Program-made: the position numbers and the translations under genes | Shown here: positions 37,638 through 46,288 of the stretch, one piece after another | Layout: every line of letters starts with the position of its first letter | Numbering within the stretch: position 1 is the stretch's first letter | Notes under the pieces: generated by a model | The model's database searches: none | Seen by the model: the letters and a program-made list of their open reading frames with translations, nothing else | What the model was told of the DNA's origin: nothing | Assembly (NCBI GenBank): GCA_049516835.1 | Contig: JBEKSR010000003.1 | Span: forward strand, 8,302-72,301 | Length of the DNA stretch: 64,000 nt | Source of the DNA: Bryobacteraceae bacterium | Lineage (GTDB): Bacteria > Acidobacteriota > Terriglobia > Bryobacterales > Bryobacteraceae | Reading direction: 5' to 3'

Positions 37638-37760
37638 TCCTGTAAGTGCCTGCCGGGTCGCGATGCTCATAACCTGCGGCGAGCCTGTTCCCCCGCGCGC
37701 TGCTCGGCCCCGAGACTCACCCTTTTTGAGACGGAAGGGTGCGCCTGCCAGCGTACGCCT

Positions 37761-38213
37761 TCAGCCTCCGGCCAAGGTGCGTGGTTCCAGCAGCGCTACG
37801 CGTTGACGCGCTTTCTGGCATGCGGATGCCAGACCCCGATCAAACGTCACGAGCGTGGCTTCTGTGACCTGGCTGACCGCAAGCAAATAGCAATCGCCAA
37901 GCGCTTTCGGCGACGACAGCCGGGAAACCGAACGGGTTGCCGCACGGAAGGCCCCATCGAGTTCAACCGACTCCAGCCGGATTCCGACTCGCGAATCCTC
38001 AAGCCACCGGTCGTACACCTTCCAGGCTTCGCCGATGGTCCGCACATCCTTGCCCATCACAGCGGATGTTGCCAGCAGCCGCAACAACCCGAGTTGCGTG
38101 AGCCGGCAAAAGAAAAAGCGATCATCCTCCTGCTGGGAAAACCAAGTCCAGGCGGCCCCCGAGTGCATGTGGTTGGCCCAACTCAAGGCCAGCCACACGT
38201 TGAGATCAGGCAA
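37761..38213 (-). CDS. PIN-domain toxin (VapC-like)
   Basis: 150 aa. 'PDLNVWLALSWANHMHSGAAWTWF' is a typical VapC subgroup N-terminus, followed by 'LGDCYLLAVSQVTEATLVTFDRGL'. Confidence 0.75.
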   Translation of the reverse strand: MPDLNVWLALSWANHMHSGAAWTWFSQQEDDRFFFCRLTQLGLLRLLATSAVMGKDVRTIGEAWKVYDRWLEDSRVGIRLESVELDGAFRAATRSVSRLSSPKALGDCYLLAVSQVTEATLVTFDRGLASACQKARQRVALLEPRTLAGG

Positions 38214-38433
38214 ATAGGACGTCGTACGGATTCTCCCTGTCGGGACTACCAGGGGCGGGCTTACCTTTCTTTCCCACCAGTGGTCCCGTCACGGGCCGCG
38301 ATGGCTGCGGCCGGAATTTACTCTCGATGGCTCCGGTAATCAGCGAACGAATCGAGGTGCGCTCTGCCGCCGCAAGCTGCCGGAGCGCGGCATGGAGATC
38401 GTCTGGAATATCGATCGTGGTTCGGACGCTCAT
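38206..38433 (-). CDS. VapB-type antitoxin
   Basis: 75 aa, 'TTIDIPDDLHAALRQLAAAERTSIRSLI' (RHH-like). Overlaps vapC by 8 nt. Confidence 0.6.
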   Translation of the reverse strand: MSVRTTIDIPDDLHAALRQLAAAERTSIRSLITGAIESKFRPQPSRPVTGPLVGKKGKPAPGSPDRENPYDVLFA

Positions 38434-38796
38434 GCCATAATTATGTCACTTTCCGCTCTCCGGCGCTCGGAATGGCAATAGACCCCTCAATTCCGAGCGT
38501 AGGCAAAACGCCCCATGCCGTCCCGCAAGGGGCCCCCTTCCAAAGCATCGGCGTTTCCACTTGGTCGTACACGCCCAACCACTGATGCGTTCCGGCAACA
38601 AGCCCGCGAGGTCCGGTTCTGGAAGACGGCCTCCCGGCGAGCCATGCCCCCGAGCGCCCACTGGCTTGCGGCAGGGACATTCACGGGGCTCAGTGAACGG
38701 CGTTGGGCGTAGGGGTGGCCGTGCGTGCCGGCCTCTTGTGTCAGGGCCCGGCCTTCTTTGCGCCACAAGAGTGGCCGATAATGTTTCAGGGGAGGA

Positions 38797-39519
38797 ATGG
38801 CCTTCAGAAAAACAGCGGCGTCTTACGGAACGGACGATCCACGTCTCTTGCCGGCGTACCCGGTGGCGGAGGCGGCGCACTACCTCCGAATGCCCGAGGA
38901 GACCCTGCGGAGCTGGGTAGTTGGCCGTCTGTACCCCGTTTCCGGACATTCTAAACGGTCTCGGCCTCTGGTCCACCTCGACGATCCTCAACGGAGATAC
39001 CTGTCCTTTATCAACCTGGTGGAGGCGCACGTTCTGGCTGCGATCCGCCGCCGTCATGGAGTCAGACTGCCCAAAGTCCGAGCAGCGCTGGATTATGTGC
39101 GGAAGCAGTTTCACGTTGAGCGCCCGTTGATTGACGAGGCATTTCAGACCGACGGGCTGGACCTCTTCGTGGAGCGTTACGGCGAAATGATCAACGCCTC
39201 GCGCGAAGGGCAGCAAGCCATGAAGGAGATTTTGAGCGTCTACCTTCAGCGGATTGAGCGGGATACCAGGGGGCTTCCAGTCAAGCTGTACCCGTTCACG
39301 CGGGATACGGAGTCGGCCACGGCTCCGAAACGGGACCCGCGGGTGGTGGTGATGAGTCCTACGATTTCGTTCGGCCGCCCTGTCGTAGCCGGCACCGGCA
39401 TTCCCGTTTCCGCCATCTACGAGCGCTACAAGGCGGGTGACTCTGTCGCCGATCTAGCAAGGGATTTCAGGTTGGAAACCGGTGCCGTCGAAGAAGCCAT
39501 TCGCTCGGAAGCCGCCTGA
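38797..39519 (+). CDS. DUF433 domain-containing protein with N-terminal HTH-like region
   Basis: ATG preceded by GGAGGA. C-terminal 'VVMSPTISFGRPVVAGTGIPVSAIYERYKAGDSVADLARDF' fits DUF433. Confidence 0.7.
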   Translation: MAFRKTAASYGTDDPRLLPAYPVAEAAHYLRMPEETLRSWVVGRLYPVSGHSKRSRPLVHLDDPQRRYLSFINLVEAHVLAAIRRRHGVRLPKVRAALDYVRKQFHVERPLIDEAFQTDGLDLFVERYGEMINASREGQQAMKEILSVYLQRIERDTRGLPVKLYPFTRDTESATAPKRDPRVVVMSPTISFGRPVVAGTGIPVSAIYERYKAGDSVADLARDFRLETGAVEEAIRSEAA

Positions 39520-39693
39520 CCTCGCTGGCAACCTCCGTGGAAGTGAAATCGCCGCCGTCTTCATAAAGGCGCTGCCGCGGATCTGCAAGATTCTGGCCTC
39601 GCGATCAGGGCCTTTCGTGGCGCGCATCACGAAGGCCGGAGAGGTTGCCGGCGTTTGAGAGGTGGAGTGGCAGGCGAGCACCGCCTGCCCCAC

Positions 39694-40176
39694 CTACAGC
39701 TTCTTGAAGAGCTTGTCGAAGGCGTTGCGGGCGTCTTCGGGGTTGCGCGGCGCGGGAGGGCCCACATCGATCGGCTCCGCCGCCGGCACATTGTTGGTGC
39801 CTTCGCGGGCCACGGTCACCCGCGGCATGAACCAATTGCACTCGTTGGCCTTGTCCTTCATGGCGAGGCGCACCGGGATGGGTTTGAGGCACTGGAAACG
39901 CATGGATGGCTCAAAGTAGGAACACTGCTTGCAGCAGTGCAGCTCGGCGTTGCACTTGGGGCAGTTGCCGCGGAAATCAACGTCTGGCGGAAGGGTTGTC
40001 GCGCAGTTGAAGCACCGGGCCGCGGCGACGTGCTGGACGAGACGCGGCAGGCGGGGGCCGGTCACGTCGATGGGAGGCCGTGGCCCGTTGGGCTTGGGCC
40101 GATCTTCGCGGTAGCCTCTGGAATCGCGGTCCATATCCATGTACCCTGGTTGTCTGTACTTGCGATCGCTGTCCAT
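39694..40176 (-). CDS. Cys-rich zinc-ribbon-like hypothetical protein
   Basis: 160 aa. 'CFNC...CPKCNAELHCCKQC' forms two CxxC pairs. Disordered basic N-terminus. Confidence 0.55.
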   Translation of the reverse strand: MDSDRKYRQPGYMDMDRDSRGYREDRPKPNGPRPPIDVTGPRLPRLVQHVAAARCFNCATTLPPDVDFRGNCPKCNAELHCCKQCSYFEPSMRFQCLKPIPVRLAMKDKANECNWFMPRVTVAREGTNNVPAAEPIDVGPPAPRNPEDARNAFDKLFKKL

Positions 40177-40443
40177 GGGGAAAAGTTGCTCCGTAACTCG
40201 GGGGACGAAAGAACGTTTTATTCTCGAAAAACCGGCGCTTAAGATACCGATCGATCCCCACGCGGCCGGGCGGCACTCCCGACGGCGGCGGTTAGCGTGG
40301 ATTTACCGGAGGGGTTCTGCGGGAACGCCGGGGCACCTGACACAAACAGGTTCGCGGCCCGCCAATGCTTCAAATACATATGTACCACGGATTGAAGTCT
40401 TTTGCACCCCCCCTCTCACTCTCCTTGGATAGGGCCAAGGCGC

Positions 40444-42996
40444 TTACCCTACGGAACTCCACTTTAGCAGGCTGGTGCAGGGCCGCGTAATGGGATCGTC
40501 AAAATGGTTGGGGCTGACGCGCAGCGCGTAGCCCAGGCGGCCCGTGCGTTCGGGAACGATGTCCCTGGCAAATACGGCAACCGAGCCCTGCTGCTCCACA
40601 ACCGGCAGCACCAGCACCTCGGTCTCTTCCAGGTAGCCATCGCTATCCACGCGCCCGATCACGGCCTCCACGCGCACATCGCCGGGTTTCAAGCCCGCCA
40701 GGTCGATGGCCGCGCGCACCGGAACGGGTTTGCCGCTGGTCACCGAACCGGCCGGCCCGGGACCCGCTTCCAGGAATTTCACGCGATCCCAGACCTCGCG
40801 AATGCGCGCGTTCCAACGCGCTCTTTCGCGCACCAGGCTGTAATCCGCTTGGAAGATGCGCAGGTGCGACGAGTGGGCCGGCTCGTACAATTCGGTCATG
40901 TACTCCCGCACCATGCGGCGGCAATCGAAATGCGGGCTGATGTACGCGAGCGACTGCTTCATGCGGCGCATCCACTCGCGCGGGGTCTGCTCGCGGCGCT
41001 CATAGAACATGGGGGCGATCTCGCTTTCGAGCAGGTAGTAGATGGCGCTGGCATGCAGCGCGTCCTGGTCCTCGGAATACGGCTCCCGGTCGCCGATCGC
41101 CCAGCCGCCGGAATTCTCATAGGCTTCGTCGAACCAGCCGTCCAGGATGCTCAAATTGAGAACGCCGTTGATGGCCGCCTTCATTCCGCTGGTGCCGCAG
41201 GCCTCTTCGCCGCGCCGCGGGTTGTTGAGCCACAAGTCCACGCCCTGCACCATCTCCCGCGCCACCTTCATGTCGTAGTCTTCGAGGAAGACCAGGTGTT
41301 TCCAGAGGTCGGGATCGCGCGAGAGCTGCACGATCTCGCGGATGTAGGTCTTCCCCGGCTGGTCCTTGGGATGGGCCTTGCCGGCGACGACGATCTGCAC
41401 CGGCATGTCCTTGTTCAACAAGATGCGCTTGAGCCGCTCGATGTCGCGGAACAGCAGCGTGGCGCGCTTGTAAGTGGCGAAGCGGCGCGCGAACCCGATG
41501 GTGAGAGCGTTGGGATCGAGCACGCCAGCGGCGCGGTGCACCTCCGCGGCGGAGGCCTGCCGCCGCGCCGCCGAAGCGCCCTGGCGCTCCCGAACGAAAC
41601 CGACCAAGCGGCGCTTGCGCCGGCGATGAGCTTCGAACAGCTCCTCGTCCGGGATCTCACCCACCTGTTCCCAGATGGTGGGATCGTTGAAGCGGTCGCG
41701 CCAGTCGGGTTGCAGGTACCGATCGTACAGCGACGCCAGGTCGCCGTTCAGCCAGCTCGGCAGGTGCACGCTGTCGGTGATCGAAGTGATGGGCACTTCC
41801 CACAGCGGCAACTGCGGCCAGAGGTCGTGGAACATCTCCTGCGAGACCTGCCGGTGCAGGCGGCTCACGGCGTTTCGGTAAGCCGAAGTGTTCAACGCCA
41901 GAACGGCCATGGAGAACCGCTCGTCACGGTCGAAAGCGTTGCGCCGGCCGAGCGCCATCAACTGCTGAAAGTCGATCCCGACTTCGGCGCAATACTCCGA
42001 GAAGTAGTGGTACATCAGGCCGGGGTCGAACAGATCGATTCCGGCGGGAACCGGCGTGTGAGTGGTGAAAACATTGCTGGCGCGCGCGGCCTCCAGGGCT
42101 TCTTCGAAAGTCAGTTTCCGGCCGCGCATCAGCACGCGCACCTGCTCCAGCGCGAGAAACGCGGAGTGGCCTTCGTTCATGTGGTACACGGTGGGATTGA
42201 GCCCCATGGCCTCCAGCGCCCGCAGGCCGCCGATGCCCAGCACGATTTCCTGGCGGATGCGGGTATCGATATCGCCGCCGTAGAGGGAATCCGCGATTCC
42301 GCGATCCTGCGGCAAGACGTTGTCGGGGATGTTGGTATCCAGCAGATAGAGCGCGATGCGGCCCACATCCAGTCTCCATACCTGGATGTAGACGTCGCCG
42401 GTGGGCAGATGGACCACGACCTTCAGATCCCCGCCATTGGCGTCCTTAACGGTCGCCAGCGGCAAGGTATAGAAGTCGTTCACGGGATAGCGCTCCTGCT
42501 GCCATCCGTCGGGGTTGAGGAATTGCCGGAAGAAGCCTTGCTGGTACAGCAGGCCAAGCCCGATGAGCGGATAATCCTGATCGCTCGAGGACTTCAGATG
42601 ATCGCCCGACAGAACTCCGAGGCCACCCGAGTAGACCGGCAGGCACTCCGTGAGACCGTACTCGGCGGAGAAGTAGGCGATCAGCCTGCCGTCGGCGGGC
42701 GGCGGGCCTTTGCGCACCCGCGAATCGTAGGTTTCGCAGGCCGTGCGGTACAGGACCAGGTAGCGCGGATCGGCGCCCGCCTTTGCCAGCGTGGCTTGGG
42801 GAACACGGCCGAGCATCAAGACCGGGTTGTAGCCGCACTCCCGCCAGAGAGCTGGATCGAGGCGGCGGAAGAGCGCGCGCACGATCGGTTCCCAACTCCA
42901 GAAGAGGTTATGAGCCAGTTCGATCAGGCGCGACAGGGACGCGGGCAAGGTGGGGCGCACCAGAAACTCCCGGATTGGCTGAATATGAAAAGGCAT
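40444..42996 (-). CDS. glgP: Alpha-glucan phosphorylase (GT35, DUF3417-containing type)
   Basis: 850 aa. 'YFSAEYGL...PVYSGGLGVLSGDHLKSSSD' and 'EACGTSGMKAAINGVLNLS' (PLP-Lys region). Confidence 0.9.
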   Translation of the reverse strand: MPFHIQPIREFLVRPTLPASLSRLIELAHNLFWSWEPIVRALFRRLDPALWRECGYNPVLMLGRVPQATLAKAGADPRYLVLYRTACETYDSRVRKGPPPADGRLIAYFSAEYGLTECLPVYSGGLGVLSGDHLKSSSDQDYPLIGLGLLYQQGFFRQFLNPDGWQQERYPVNDFYTLPLATVKDANGGDLKVVVHLPTGDVYIQVWRLDVGRIALYLLDTNIPDNVLPQDRGIADSLYGGDIDTRIRQEIVLGIGGLRALEAMGLNPTVYHMNEGHSAFLALEQVRVLMRGRKLTFEEALEAARASNVFTTHTPVPAGIDLFDPGLMYHYFSEYCAEVGIDFQQLMALGRRNAFDRDERFSMAVLALNTSAYRNAVSRLHRQVSQEMFHDLWPQLPLWEVPITSITDSVHLPSWLNGDLASLYDRYLQPDWRDRFNDPTIWEQVGEIPDEELFEAHRRRKRRLVGFVRERQGASAARRQASAAEVHRAAGVLDPNALTIGFARRFATYKRATLLFRDIERLKRILLNKDMPVQIVVAGKAHPKDQPGKTYIREIVQLSRDPDLWKHLVFLEDYDMKVAREMVQGVDLWLNNPRRGEEACGTSGMKAAINGVLNLSILDGWFDEAYENSGGWAIGDREPYSEDQDALHASAIYYLLESEIAPMFYERREQTPREWMRRMKQSLAYISPHFDCRRMVREYMTELYEPAHSSHLRIFQADYSLVRERARWNARIREVWDRVKFLEAGPGPAGSVTSGKPVPVRAAIDLAGLKPGDVRVEAVIGRVDSDGYLEETEVLVLPVVEQQGSVAVFARDIVPERTGRLGYALRVSPNHFDDPITRPCTSLLKWSSVG

Positions 42997-43103
42997 ACAG
43001 GAGGAGCTACCTCCAAGATAGCAGATCGGCGAGAGAAGCCGGCCTCACCATACCTCTCCACGCCTGGAGGTGCGGATGCGTCATTTATAATGGTACAAGC
43101 TCG

Positions 43104-43748
43104 ATGCGGCGTCTTCTGGGAATATTCTTGTGTTCCGTGACCGGCGTAGCGTTCGCCGGCGAATATGCCGTGTTGGCAAGCGGTTCCAGGCTGCACGTCG
43201 ACCGGCACGAGACCTCCGGCGACAAGGTCCGGCTTTACAACGCAGGCGGCTATATCGAGATGGATGCGGCGGCCGTGCGGGGCTACGAAGCGGAGGAATA
43301 CGTGCCGCCGGCGCCCGCGCCAGCGCAACTGACGGATGCGGCAGGGCGGCAGGCTGAAGCCTGCCCCACCAAACTGGCGGATGCGGCAGCGGACAAGTAC
43401 GGCCTGCCGCGCCGGTTGGTGCGCAGCGTGATCTCGACCGAGTCGGACTTCCAGCCGCAGGCGGTTTCTCCCAAGGGCGCCATCGGGCTGATGCAACTGA
43501 CGCCCGCCACGGCGGAAGCGCTGGGCGCCGACCCGCGCGATTCCGCGCAGAATGTGGATGCCGGCACGCGCTACCTGCGGGACCTGCTGGAGAAGTACGA
43601 CGGCGGCCTGTGGCATGCCCTGGCGGCTTACAACGCCGGCCCGGGCGCGGTGGACAAGTACCAGGGCGTTCCGCCCTACCGCGAGACCATCAACTACGTC
43701 GGCAAGATCGACCGGGATTTGAAGAAGGCCGGCGGCGTTACGCAGTAA
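43104..43748 (+). CDS. Lytic transglycosylase (SLT domain), secreted
   Basis: 'VISTESDFQPQAVSPKGAIGLMQLTPATA...AYNAGPGAV' contains the catalytic Glu in the 'ES' motif. Signal peptide 'LLGIFLCSVTGVAFA'. Confidence 0.8.
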   Translation: MRRLLGIFLCSVTGVAFAGEYAVLASGSRLHVDRHETSGDKVRLYNAGGYIEMDAAAVRGYEAEEYVPPAPAPAQLTDAAGRQAEACPTKLADAAADKYGLPRRLVRSVISTESDFQPQAVSPKGAIGLMQLTPATAEALGADPRDSAQNVDAGTRYLRDLLEKYDGGLWHALAAYNAGPGAVDKYQGVPPYRETINYVGKIDRDLKKAGGVTQ

Positions 43749-44262
43749 CCGCGTCCATCACGGCGGCCAGGGCGTGAATTACAGAGGCAATCCGCACCAC
43801 CGCCAGAATGGTCTCCTCGCCAACGCCTTTTTCGCGCAGCACCTTCTCGTGCGAATCGACGCACACGCCGCAGCCGTTAATCGCCGAAACGGCCAGGCAC
43901 CACAGCTCGAAATCCACCGGGTCGCTGCCGTGAGTGCGGATCACCTGCATGCGCAGGCGCGCCGGCATGGAGCCGTATTTCTCGTTGGTGCTGAGATGGC
44001 GAAAGCGGTAGAAGATGTTGTTCATCCCCATGACTGCGGCGGCGGCCCTGGCAGCGTCGAGCGCTGGTTCGTCCAGGCGCCTGGCGGCTTCCGCCAGTAC
44101 GGCATCGAGCACCCGCCGGTTGCGGGACGCCATGGCGGAGCACACGGCGGCGCCCCAGGTTTGCCGCTCGGTCAGTTCCGTCTGCCGCAGCACGGCGCCC
44201 ATGTTGAGCTTCAGGTCCTTGGCGTACTCCGGACAGGTTTCTAGTAATTGTTCGAGTTCCAT
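43738..44262 (-). CDS. ahpD: Alkyl hydroperoxide reductase AhpD
   Basis: 174 aa. 'AVSAINGCGVCVDSHE' is the CxxC motif of AhpD/CMD. Directly downstream of ahpC. Confidence 0.85.
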   Translation of the reverse strand: MELEQLLETCPEYAKDLKLNMGAVLRQTELTERQTWGAAVCSAMASRNRRVLDAVLAEAARRLDEPALDAARAAAAVMGMNNIFYRFRHLSTNEKYGSMPARLRMQVIRTHGSDPVDFELWCLAVSAINGCGVCVDSHEKVLREKGVGEETILAVVRIASVIHALAAVMDAVTA

Positions 44263-44277
44263 GGATGGATGGGTGGG

Positions 44278-44814
44278 CTAGACTTTCAGGACCGCATCGC
44301 CCTTCTGCCAGTTGCAGGGGCACAGCTCATCGGTCTGGAGCGCATCGAGCACGCGCAACACCTCCTGCGGATTGCGGCCCACGGAGAGGTCGTTCACCGA
44401 CACGAACCGGATGATGTTCTCGGGATCTACCACAAAGGTGGCGCGCTGCGCCACGCCTTCCTTGGGGTCGAGGATGCCCAGCGCCGCGCACAGGTCGCGT
44501 TTGATGTCCGCCAGCATGGGGAACGGCAGGTCCTTTAGGTCCGCGTGATGCTGGCGCCAGGCCAGGTGCACGAACTCGGAATCGGTGCTGCCGCCGAGAA
44601 CCTGCGCGTCGCGATCCTGGAACTCACGATTGAGCTTGCCGAAGGCCGCGATCTCGGTGGGGCAGACGAAAGTGAAATCCTTGGGCCAGAAGAAATAAAC
44701 CTTCCACTTGCCCTGGTAGTCCTGGCCCGTGATGGGCTGAAAGGCCTTACCCTTTTCAAGGCCGACTGTCGCCTGAAGGGAAAAGGCCGGAAACTGCTCG
44801 CCAACTCCTAACAT
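44278..44814 (-). CDS. ahpC: Peroxiredoxin AhpC (2-Cys type)
   Basis: 'FFWPKDFTFVCPTEI' carries the peroxidatic Cys and 'ELCPCNW' the C-terminal Cys. Start at ATG 44814. Confidence 0.9.
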   Translation of the reverse strand: MLGVGEQFPAFSLQATVGLEKGKAFQPITGQDYQGKWKVYFFWPKDFTFVCPTEIAAFGKLNREFQDRDAQVLGGSTDSEFVHLAWRQHHADLKDLPFPMLADIKRDLCAALGILDPKEGVAQRATFVVDPENIIRFVSVNDLSVGRNPQEVLRVLDALQTDELCPCNWQKGDAVLKV

Positions 44815-44828
44815 GTATGGTTCTCCAT

Positions 44829-45158
44829 TTAGTTTGGATGCAGCCGATCGATTTTGGCCGCAAGAATAAAATCGCTCTCGGTCAAGCCGTCGATCTTGTG
44901 GGTCCAAGTCTTGACTTCGACCTTTCCCCACGCCAGGTACAGGTCGGGATGATGCCCTTGCTCTTCGGCGACGGTGCCCACGCGGTTGACAAAGTCCAGG
45001 GCCGTCCGAAAATCGGGGAATGTATACGTCTTCGACAGATGGTGCTCATCCACCACCTGCCAGCCGGCGACCAGCGCCTGCATTCTCTGCAATTCTTCGC
45101 CCTTGAGTGGCGGGACGCCACCCCGGCACGGCACGCAATGCTTTTCGGCCAGACTCAT
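44829..45158 (-). CDS. phhB: Pterin-4a-carbinolamine dehydratase
   Basis: 'FPDFRTALDFVNRVGTVAEEQGHHPDLYLAWGKVEVKTWTHKIDGLTESDFILAAKID' is the canonical PCD core. Confidence 0.85.
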   Translation of the reverse strand: MSLAEKHCVPCRGGVPPLKGEELQRMQALVAGWQVVDEHHLSKTYTFPDFRTALDFVNRVGTVAEEQGHHPDLYLAWGKVEVKTWTHKIDGLTESDFILAAKIDRLHPN

Positions 45159-45175
45159 GATTGCCCTCCTCGTTT

Positions 45176-45193
45176 TATGGTACATGTACTATA
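45176..45193. promoter_or_regulatory. Near-perfect 18-bp palindrome, candidate HigA operator
   Basis: TATGGTACATGTACTATA is 16/18 self-complementary with a perfect GTACATGTAC core. It ends 12 nt upstream of the higB-like ATG. Confidence 0.35.
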
Positions 45194-45204
45194 TAAGGTG
45201 CAGG

Positions 45205-45561
45205 ATGGCGGAGGATCCGCAGCTCCATAAAATCCCGTTGATCTTTTTTCGCACGCGGGCGGGAAGCGAGCCCGTGCGGGAGTGGCTGAAGGGGTTGGCT
45301 GAAGTGGAGCGCCGGGCAATAGGGAAGGACCTGTTGCGGGCGCAGTGGCGGTGGCCGGTCGGGATGCCGTTGTGCCGACCGTTGGGAGACGGACTATGGG
45401 AAGTCCGGACGGAGCTGCGGACGAAGCGCACGGCGCGCGTGCTGCTCAGCCTTTACCGCATGCGCCTGATCGCGCTGCACGGATTTATCAAGAAAACGCG
45501 GACGACGCCGTCTGAGGATATGGCATTGGCGCGCAAGCGCCAGAAGGAGTTGGAGCGATGA
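45205..45561 (+). CDS. RelE/HigB-type toxin (Gp49/DUF891-like)
   Basis: 'GSEPVREWLKGL...GDGLWEVRTEL..RTARVLL...LIALHGFIKKTRTTPSEDMALARKR' is the Gp49-like pattern. Overlaps the antitoxin start by 4 nt. Confidence 0.75.
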   Translation: MAEDPQLHKIPLIFFRTRAGSEPVREWLKGLAEVERRAIGKDLLRAQWRWPVGMPLCRPLGDGLWEVRTELRTKRTARVLLSLYRMRLIALHGFIKKTRTTPSEDMALARKRQKELER

Positions 45562-45836
45562 GCAAGAAACACATGGGTTCCAGCATCGATGATTTCCTCA
45601 AAGAAGAAGGAATCTTCGAAGAGGCGCAAGCCCTGGCCATCAAGGAGGTCGTGGCGTGGCAGCTTGCCGAGGCCATGAGGAAAAAGAAAATGTCCAAGGC
45701 GCGGATGGCCGCGCTGCTTAAGACGAGCCGTACTCAGATCGACCGCCTGCTGGACCCCAAGAACGACATCACGCTGTCAAGCCTGCAGCGGGCCGCGGCC
45801 ATGGTCGGACGCCGGGTGACGATCGAGTTAGTGTAA
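45558..45836 (+). CDS. XRE-family HTH antitoxin (HigA-like)
   Basis: 92 aa. 'MSKARMAALLKTSRTQIDRLLDPKN' is the HTH. Confidence 0.75.
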   Translation: MSKKHMGSSIDDFLKEEGIFEEAQALAIKEVVAWQLAEAMRKKKMSKARMAALLKTSRTQIDRLLDPKNDITLSSLQRAAAMVGRRVTIELV

Positions 45837-45856
45837 AGGTTCGGCGGCATCCCGGC

Positions 45857-46288
45857 TCACCTCCCCGACGAACCAAACCCGCCCGTCCCGCGGCGGGAAT
45901 CGGCCGGCTCGCCTTCCACCCACTCGACCGCCTCGTAGCGCGCCACAATCATCTGGGCGATGCGGTCGCCGGCGTGAACCGTGTACGGCTCGCGCCCCAG
46001 GTTCAGCAGGATCACGCGAACCTCGCCGCGATACCCCGGATCGATGGTGCCCGGCGCATTGGGCATGGTGATGGCATGGTGCAGAGCCAGCCCGCTGCGC
46101 GGGCGCACCTGCGCGTCGCAGCCCGCGGGCGCCTCGACGACCAGGCCGGTGGGGACCAGCCGCGGGACGCCTGGCTCGAGCGTGACGTCCTCCACCGCGT
46201 GCAGGTCCATGCCGGCGTCCTCGAGCGGTCCGTGGGCATAAGAAGGAAGAGTGGCGGCCGGATGAATTCGTTGGATTCGGATGCGCAT
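45857..46288 (-). CDS. dut: dUTP diphosphatase
   Basis: 'AGMDL', 'RPRSGLAL', 'GTIDPGYRGEV' and 'RIAQM', with C-terminal 'RGTGGFGSSG', are the five dUTPase motifs. Confidence 0.9.
   Translation of the reverse strand: MRIRIQRIHPAATLPSYAHGPLEDAGMDLHAVEDVTLEPGVPRLVPTGLVVEAPAGCDAQVRPRSGLALHHAITMPNAPGTIDPGYRGEVRVILLNLGREPYTVHAGDRIAQMIVARYEAVEWVEGEPADSRRGTGGFGSSGR

Noticed and set aside
38434-38796. A 360-nt gene-free gap with an 8-bp-stem hairpin (CTCGGAAT...ATTCCGAG, 38466-38497) as a possible ncRNA.
   Set aside because: I recognised no conserved structural family. A single hairpin is not enough. The region may simply hold the PIN toxin/antitoxin (VapBC-type) and DUF433 promoters.
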